Part shown: positions 56,135 through 64,000 of the stretch, in pieces | Layout of the letters: every line of letters starts with the position of its first letter | Numbering within the stretch: the first letter of the stretch is position 1 | Assembly (NCBI GenBank): GCA_951406725.2 | Contig: OX597815.1 | Location: forward strand, 150,970,001-151,034,000 | Reading direction: 5' to 3' | Length of the DNA stretch: 64,000 nt | Origin: Octopus vulgaris | Taxonomy: Eukaryota | Notes under the pieces: generated by a model | What the model saw: the letters and a program-made list of their open reading frames with translations, nothing else | Told to the model about the DNA's origin: nothing | Database searches by the model: none | Made by a program: the position numbers and the translations under genes

Positions 56135-56714
56135 AACAACAAACATGATGAGGACAAATAATATCGTCATATGTAAATAATGTACATAATGTAAATAAAG
56201 TTCAAAATTTGTAGATAATCTTTAAAAATGAATACTATTTCTGTTATCAGAGATCCAAAATTATTAAAGATTGATTTCGTCTCTGTACGAGAAAAATGTT
56301 GAATCTTGTAGGCCAATGTTATTGACATTTCATTGTATTTCCCATTCAGCTACTATCATTTAAAACTATTTTTCTCTGGGACTTTGAGATCCTCTTGATA
56401 TTTTTCTCTCCTTAATCTGCATTGAGTTTATATTATCAGCTTTATAATCTTTCCATGACATACGTATAATCCTCATTCAGAATATTTTATCTTATATGAC
56501 TATAGAATTGTTTTTTAATGTTCCCCTTGCAATACGAAACAGCCTCTGTCATTGTAACCACTACTACTACCGCTTCCACACATATATTTATTACCACTAC
56601 GACTACAACTCTTACTGCAACTACCACTTTCACCTTAACCACTAACCAAGCTTCCACTACTCTCACCACCAAAATTACTACTATTATAGCGAACTATCAA
56701 GAGAGACTCTACAT

Positions 56715-57588
56715 CAGCAGTTCTCAACCGGGGTCCATATGATCCCTGAGACTTCCGTATAAGATTATTGGGATTTCACAATTGTATTTTAAGGGCCCCT
56801 GAAAAAAAACAGCTGGGGTTCTTTATCTAACATTTTACATAGATCAACCTACACAAGTTAATGTGTGAAAAGCGAAGTAGGAATTTTGCTTAAACTAGTT
56901 TTTAAATATCATTTTCTTCTCTAGGCACAAGGCCCGAAATATTGGGGTAGAGGGCCAGTCGATTATATCGACCCCAGTACGTAACTGGTACTTAATTTAT
57001 CGACCCCGAAGGGATGAAAGGCAAAGTCAACCTCGGCGAAATTTGAACTCGGAACGTATAGACAGACGAAATACCTATTTCTTTACTACCCACAAGGGGC
57101 TAAACACAGAGAGGATAAACAAGGACAGACAAACGGATTAAGTCGATTATATCGACACCAGTGCGTAACTGGTACTTATTTAATCGACCCCGAAACGATG
57201 AAAGGCAAAGTCGACCTCGGCGGAATTTGAACTCAGAACGTAACCGCAGATGAAATACCTATTTCTTTACTACCCACAAGGGGCTAAGCACAGAGAGGAC
57301 AAACAAGGACAGACATAGGTATTAAGTCGATTACATCGAATCCAGTGCGTAACTGGTACTTAATTTATCGACCCCGAAAGGATGAAAGGCAAAGTCGACC
57401 TCGGCGGAATTTGAACTCAGAACGTAACGACAGACGAAATACGGCTACACATTTCGCCCAGCGTGCTAACGTTTCTGCCAGCTCGCCGCCTTGTTTTTAA
57501 ATATCGAATGGCTACGGGGATCCACCAGAATAAAATCGTAATCAAAGGGGTCCATAGATTTTTTTTTTTAAATGGTTGAAAACTCCTA
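56715..57588. mobile_element. hAT (Charlie/Buster-like) MITE with a nested SINE1 trimer
   Basis: Ends cagcagttctcaacc / ggttgaaaactccta. 8-bp TSD ctctacat at 56707-56714 and 57589-57596. Confidence 0.8.
56911..57492 (-). mobile_element. SINE family 1 trimer
   Basis: Three units inside one 13-bp TSD gtttttaaatatc. Confidence 0.9.
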
Positions 57589-57788
57589 CTCTACATAGTC
57601 GCTTGCATGCTAGAAATACAAGCCAAACTTCCATAAAATCACATCTTTAAATAAGAGAAAACTTATTGAAATAATGTTGTTTTATGCATACTTGTAAAAA
57701 GACGGAGTGGTTACGGCTGGAATATTTTTGATCTAAGGTTGCTTCTATCAGAGTTAACTAGGAGCTAAACAACTACTACTACTATCAT

Positions 57789-57827
<39 letters not shown>

Positions 57828-57848
57828 ATACTAAGTAATAAGATTCTA

Positions 57849-58717
57849 CAGGGTGCATCAAAATGATCTGACACATTTGTACGTTTAATAAAAGTGAAAT
57901 AGATTTGAGAACAAAACATGCGTTTTTATCTTCGAAATGTACATATAATGCCATTTTGTTTCAATAGGTACCATTTGTGATATTTTGTTTTGTTTTGCTT
58001 TCAGTTGCTAACATGTATTAGACGAACAAGCACCGTGCTTTCATTATGGAAACCTTTATAAAGAACAACGAATCCATAACTGTGTTCTTTGTGCACTTAA
58101 AACTTGGTGGATGTAATCCTGTACCTACTCAAAATTCTGCGGCGGTAGAATTCAGCATTTGGGGTCCGTACTTCTTCGAAGAAGACAAGGTTAAAGTGAC
58201 CGTGAACTCTGATCGATATTGTGTTATGCTAGAGAACTTTCTGAAACCTAAATTAAATGAACTTGACAATAGGGACAATGTTTGATTTCAGCAGGATGGG
58301 GCAACAGCTCACACTTCTCGATGTGCGATGGAGATTTTGGGGGAGATGTTCCCCGGTCATTAGTTCTCATTGCGCAGTGACATCGGTTAGTCGATCACCT
58401 GATTTGAACCCGTGTGATGTTTACCTCTGGAGATACATGAAATCAGACGTATACACTCATCGCCCTCAATCTATTGAACAATTAAAAAATGCCATTCATC
58501 GAGAAATTGCTGTCATTCCCCATGAAATGACCTATCGAGTAATGGACACAACTTTTGTGAACCCCTTCGACAGTGTGCGGACAGTAACGGCACCCACTTG
58601 ACTAATTAAATTTTTAAAACAAAATGAAAGGAAATGGCATTATGTGTACATTTCGAAAATAAGAACACACACTTTTATTAAACCTAAAAATATGTTAGAT
58701 CATTTTGCCGCACCCTG
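57849..58717 (+). mobile_element. Internally deleted rosa-like (DD41D) Tc1/mariner element
   Basis: TIRs cagggtgcatcaaaatgatct / agatcattttgccgcaccctg with TA TSD. GPYFFEE, FQQDGATAHT and RSPDLNPCDVYLW. The 41 spacing assumes a small deletion at WPP. Confidence 0.8.
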
Positions 58718-59068
58718 TATGCAGCCACTTGACCGCTAGAACTGGCTATCAAACATCATATTTCCCTTAAATTACCATCTGACGTCTCAAAATGGAAAAA
58801 TGCGTTTCTATAGTGTCGTCTTACATACATTATACCTGAGAAAATGACGGGATGGTCACAGTTGGGACATTTTTTATGATAGGTTTGCATGATTATGATT
58901 AATCTGAAGTTGAAGAACTACCAACATCACGACGACATCAGCAACAGAATTAACTAAAGCAACAACAGCATCAACAACAACAGCAACACATAACAATACA
59001 ACATCGACAACAACAGCAACACATAACAATACAACATCGACAGTAGTTGCAATATTTACAGTAACAGT

Positions 59069-59643
59069 AAAGCGGCGAGCTGGTAGAGACGTTAGCACGC
59101 CAGGCGAAATGCGTAGCCGTATTTCGTCTGCCGTTACGTTGTGAGTTCAAATTCCGCCAAGGTCGACTTTGCCTTTCATCCTTTCGGAGTCGATTAAATA
59201 AGTACCAGTTACACACTGGGGTCGATATAATCGACTTAATCCGTTTGTCTGTCCTTGTTTGTCCGCTCTGTGGTTAGCCCCTTGTGGGTAGTAAAGAAAT
59301 AGGTATTTCGTCTGCGGCTACGTTCTGAGTTCAAATTTCGCCGAGGTTGACTTTGCCTTTCATCGTTTCGGGGTCGATTAAATAAGTACCAGTTACGCAC
59401 TAGGGGGTTGATATAATCGACTTAATCCGTTTGTCTGTCCTTGTTTGTCCTCTCTGTGTAGTGAAGAAATAGGTATTTCTTCTGCCGCTACGTTCTGAGT
59501 TCAAATCCACCGAGGTCGACTTTTATCCTTTCGGGGTCGATAAATTAAGTACCAGCTGCGTACTGGGGTTGATCTAATCGACTGCCCCCCCCCCCCCCCA
59601 CCAAAAAACAATTTCGGGCTTTGTGCCTAGAGTAGAAAAGAAT
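59069..59643 (+). mobile_element. SINE family 1 trimer
   Basis: Three units flanked by an aatatttaca..aacagtaa duplication. Confidence 0.85.
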
Positions 59644-60153
59644 ATTTACATCAACAGTAACACTAGCGATAACATTAACAGTGATAACAACACTAAAATA
59701 GAATAAGGATTACGAGACTTTAAGAAACACTTTGTATTTCTCTCGCCTCTCAAAAAAATTGGTTGGATGATTTTCAGTACTACGTAAGAACGTATAATAT
59801 ATTTTATAACTGATCAGCAAAATAAAGAATGGTTATTCACCATGAGAAAAAAACACTATCTAGTAGATTCCACTAAATTGGCAGATGTTGTACAAGAGAG
59901 AAATAATGATGAAAAGTAGCTAAATTGTAAACAGAGGTTTTAATGCATTCCAGTTTGATTACGAGGCATTCTAGAAATAAAAATGACAAAGTCTAAGAAA
60001 ACTAGGTTTTGTTATTTAACACTTAACAAAGCAACATGTTTTCTCAGTTAACACAAAATTACGTGTTTTCGACGAGAGGATTTATTCTATTTTCACAGCA
60101 TTGTGAAAAGTTTCTTTGAAAATAGTTTGTTTGATTTTTTTTTTTTTTTTCAG

Positions 60154-60180
60154 AATTGTAAATTACTCTAACGTCGTAAG
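60154..60180 (+). CDS. Candidate 27-nt microexon
   Basis: T16-cag acceptor and AAG|gtatgg donor. Length is a multiple of 3 and only phase 2 is open (IVNYSNVV). Confidence 0.35.
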
Positions 60181-60789
60181 GTATGGATCCAATCAATACT
60201 TATAGATTACAGAAATAAATATAGCTCAACGGCTACGATCACAAAATAAATAAAGATCAATGACTATAGATAAGAAACAGCGATGGATAAGTGAAAAGGT
60301 AGGTAAATAAATAAACAGATAAATGAATAATTTATTTAGAATTAAAAAAAGTAAATCTTTTTATATTACTGGACTGTTGCAAAAATTGGGATTTGAACTT
60401 TAAATAATGGCAAAGGGGAACCTAGAATTTACTTCTATGTCGTTTATTAATTTATTTTATTGATTGGTTGAAACGGGCTGACATTTCCTTCTTCACAACG
60501 TTTTTCCTTTTTCTTTTTCAATTTTCTAAAAGACAAAAATTAAACTAAAAGAATCTATGTTTCAAAATCCTATCGAAGAGAGTGCCTTCTAGCGGCGATT
60601 AGATCAAGGGCGTGTTGTTGCTGGTTATAATAGCATTTAATTCGCACTTTTAATACTTTCTGAAAATTTTGTTTTTATATCATCAAACTATCGATGTTCA
60701 TAACGGAAAAGATTTTGGCAAAAAAATGTAATGATAGAAAGAGGCGACTACAAATTCTGAAGTCGAGGGTTCAAATGTCGATTGAATCG

Positions 60790-61395
60790 GCTCTGAGTTC
60801 AAATTCCGCCGAGGTCGACTTTGCCTTTCATTCTTTCGAGATCGATTAAATAAGTACCAGTTACGCACTGGGGGTCGATATAATCGACTTAATCCGTTTG
60901 TCTGTCCTTGTTTGCCCCCTCTGTGTGTAGCCCCTTGTGGACAGTAAAAAAATAAGAAATGTTAGCACGCCAGCGAAAAGCTTAGCGGTGTTTCGTCCAT
61001 CCCTACGGTTTGAGTTCAAATTCTTGTACTTGCTTTTGTTTTGTATAAAAGAAAAAAATCAAACTCGGTAGAATTTCAACTCAGGATGGAAATAAACACC
61101 ACTAGACTAGAGGAGTTTCGACTCTACTCCATGTAGTAAATTCCACTAAATTGGCAGATGTTGTACAAGAGAGAAATAATGATGAAAAGTAGCTAACTCG
61201 ATAAATTAAGTACCAGTTACGCACTGGGGTCGATGTAATCGGTTTAATCCCTTTGTCCTTGTTTGTCCCCTCTATTTTTAGCCCCTTGTGGGCAATAAAG
61301 AAATAAGAAACGTTAGCACACCAGGCAAAATGCTAAGCGGCATTTCGTTTGTCTTTACGTTCTGAGTTCAAATTCCGCCGAGGTCGACTTTGCTT
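60790..61395 (+). mobile_element. Rearranged SINE family 1 pieces
   Basis: Body and tail motifs at 60790-61025 and 61197-61395. Confidence 0.75.
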
Positions 61396-61399
61396 CTCA

Positions 61400-61790
61400 G
61401 TGGGGCTGGCACCAAACTTTAGTATCGTGAGTTAAATCAATCCGAAACAAGATGCTGATGCACATAACAAGAGGCCCCAACAACCCTGTCAAGAGTGAGG
61501 ACCAGGTACGGCAATAGTTTGGGTTTCAAAGACCCGTAACTGTTTATTATCTTGTCAAAACACCTGAGAGATCTCCATGGAGTGGCGTCAAAAGAATTCA
61601 AGAAGTAACTTGACCTGCTGTTCAAAATCTCAGATGAGCCTTTACCGCGACTAGATACTCAAACGAGGGCAAGAATATCAAGCTTCGGTATTCATCAAAA
61701 GCCAACAATAAGAGAATGGCCATTGAATAGTTGGTGAATACGGTGGTGCCTCAACAGAGCCACGGCCTTTAGGTTGGAATACAAACAGGA
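61400..61790 (+). pseudogene. Decayed CR1-group LINE 3' end
   Basis: RVRTRYGNSLGFKDP*LF..LRDLHGV..FKK*LD..DEP, with a tail cggtggtgcctcaac..gccac related to the 39040-39085 tail. Confidence 0.65.
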
Positions 61791-61799
61791 ATAAAGACA

Positions 61800-62500
61800 C
61801 CGTAGTTTCATCTTTTTCTCCACAGATTGACTGACATTTATCATTCTTAATCTTTATAATGTTCATTTTAATAGCTTCTTCCATAAAGAATAGGTGTTAT
61901 ATTTTCACCCCGATTCTGAGAAGCTCATAGGCAGACCTGGATTTTCTCAGTATACCTCTCAGAGGGACCAACGCAATGATGAAAAGTTATGAAGATAGAG
62001 AGTTTCCTTGACATACTCACCGCCTAAACGTATTTTCAGTTTACTTAATTATTCATATCTGTATTTTTGCTCTACATCCATTGCCTATTCTTTGCCTATT
62101 TTTAAAAAACTGTTAATTTCCTTCATCAACTTCGATGGTCAGTGCAAAGATTAAAAACAGTGTGGGACATTATCGTATGCTTTCTGATAATCTATCCAAC
62201 CAATAGCTAAGTTCTTTCTTATTCGCTCCTCACTCCATTCCATATCATCGGTCCTGGGGTTTAAGTTATGTATTTGTATACATACTGTTTTACTAATCTC
62301 TATCAGTAACATCAATAATCAACCCCTATGATAATAATAGGTACTTTAGCACCTATTAATATAGATATCGTTGAGAAAACATTTTTTTTTATTTTCTTGG
62401 CAGTTCTTGATAACAATATCTAGCCGATTGGCCTTGATCTCCCTAACAGTGAGTACAGATATTCCATTTTCCGGAATATGGTTATTTTGTCATTTTTCTG
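61800..62500 (-). pseudogene. Old internally deleted R4/Dong remnant
   Basis: Minus-strand NLAIGWIDYQKAYDNVPH, GVCQGNSLSS and DKCQSICGEKDET. A (TTA)n tract lies at 62670-62728 on its 5' side. Confidence 0.7.
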
Positions 62501-62665
62501 AGACCTTTTCTATGGTATGCCATTACCATCTTTTTTTTTCCGTTGGCATTCCATAGTGCTGGCACAACTTCCAATGTATGTAACTCCCAACTCTGCCATG
62601 TCTATGGATATATTCTTTCTTGGCCAAGACAGGGCAGCCAGAAACAGAATAATTTATTTTCTTCC

Positions 62666-62728
<63 letters not shown>

Positions 62729-63692
62729 GTTGGGGAAGACTAAAGTTCGTTTGTTTGGATATTTATATTTAAAATTTGATTCTTTTTTGAGGTAGGTCAA
62801 TGATACTCTTTCTTGTTTTGCTTGGTGTTTGTTGTTTTTTGGTGTGTTTTTTTTTTGTTTTTTCAATATATTCAACGTGAAAAGATAAAAGTCTTACAAA
62901 ATTTTTGGCAAACACTACAAGAAGAGATATATTGCTATATTGCTAATTAAATTTTCTTGACGTCTGTGTTTACAATTGTGTGATATTTTAAAATTTCTTT
63001 TATGACTATTATTTAGGAAGAGATTGTTTACGAAAGACCTGAGTTATTGGGTATTATGATTCTTTGTACTCGTCTTATTTAGAAACGATTCATATATTTA
63101 GATATATTATAAGGAATTCGGATTGTTGAATTATTCAAAACTGTTTAGTATATAGTTGCTCTTCCACACGAAAATTATATAAAAAGATGAATAAATGTAT
63201 GAAAACAGACATATAATCAGATAAACTGTATAATAAAAAATAAAAGAAAACCTAGCGTGCGTGTATATATTGGTGAACGTTCGAGTTGACAAGGAAGAGA
63301 ATACTCAATCTGTGAATCATTATTCTGCGTTTCACGTTGCCGGTTAGTCAGACGATTCACGCAGGTAGAAAGCATAACAACACTCAAGCAAAAATATTTG
63401 TAAATACATCGAAATAGGATTAAAAGATTTGAATGGTGGCTACAAAAAAACGTTTGAAAATATGTTATACATTCATATATTCAATTGTTATACGCAGAAT
63501 ACGTGATATATATTCGTCTAATGATGTGAAAATTCAAGTGATATTTTCATGCTTTCAATATCAGTAACGTGCCCAGCCTTACAGCTGAAACGTGTAAAAT
63601 AAAAATAATGATGATGATGATGATGATGATGAAGATGATGATGACGACGACAACAACAACAACAACAACAATAATAATAATAATAGTAAAAT

Positions 63693-64000
63693 GCCCTGAT
63701 GCAGTACCAGGCAGTGGCTCTCATGGCTTCCGATCTTAACTGATTGGAAGTGTTATCATGTACATTGTTTTGTCTTGGTATAAAAGATGGGCTACAGCAA
63801 ATATTCTGCTCAATACCACAGATTTGCTTGTCATTTGTTCGACTTTAACCAGTTGAGCATGTCGCTTAGTGACTGACGGTATACGCATCTCTGATCAAGG
63901 GGAGAAGTAGTGGGGGGGGCATCATAGCCTTGTGTTGAGAGGAATTATTTGGGGTTTGGATAATTGGCCTTTGGAAACATGGGTGTTTTGTTCAACATCC
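63693..64000 (+). mobile_element. 555-bp TAA-associated element, copy D (runs off the window)
   Basis: Same 5' end gccctgatgcagtaccagg, directly after a TGA/CAA/TAA tract. Confidence 0.85.

Larger units (their letters stand above)
55797..56200. mobile_element. Inverted pair of PLE-type terminal repeats around (TTA)n
   Basis: 55797-55948 is the reverse complement of 56038-56200 with some divergence. Confidence 0.8.

Overview
AT-rich eukaryotic genomic DNA made almost entirely of microsatellites and mobile elements. The SINE families and the microsatellite load point to an octopus (coleoid cephalopod) genome; this is inferred from repeat recognition only. The one long intact ORF (8236-12117, 1293 aa) is an R4/Dong-clade non-LTR retrotransposon (RT plus CCHC plus restriction-like endonuclease) sitting in (TAA)n. 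It is followed by a tandem array of a ~555-bp non-coding element that also occurs only in (TAA)n-type tracts. The window also holds several Penelope-like element (PLE) remnants carrying minimal hammerhead ribozymes, and four tRNA-derived SINE families, three of which share 3' tails with longer elements in this same window. Other content includes CR1, RTE and BovB fragments, decayed Tc1/mariner/maT/rosa transposons, and hAT- and Merlin-like non-autonomous elements with 8-bp TSDs. Two candidate host-gene exons have compatible phase: a first exon at 48118-48218 and a 27-nt microexon at 60154-60180. Most ORF-track entries are microsatellite translations. All calls were made by eye, and the boundaries of decayed elements are approximate.
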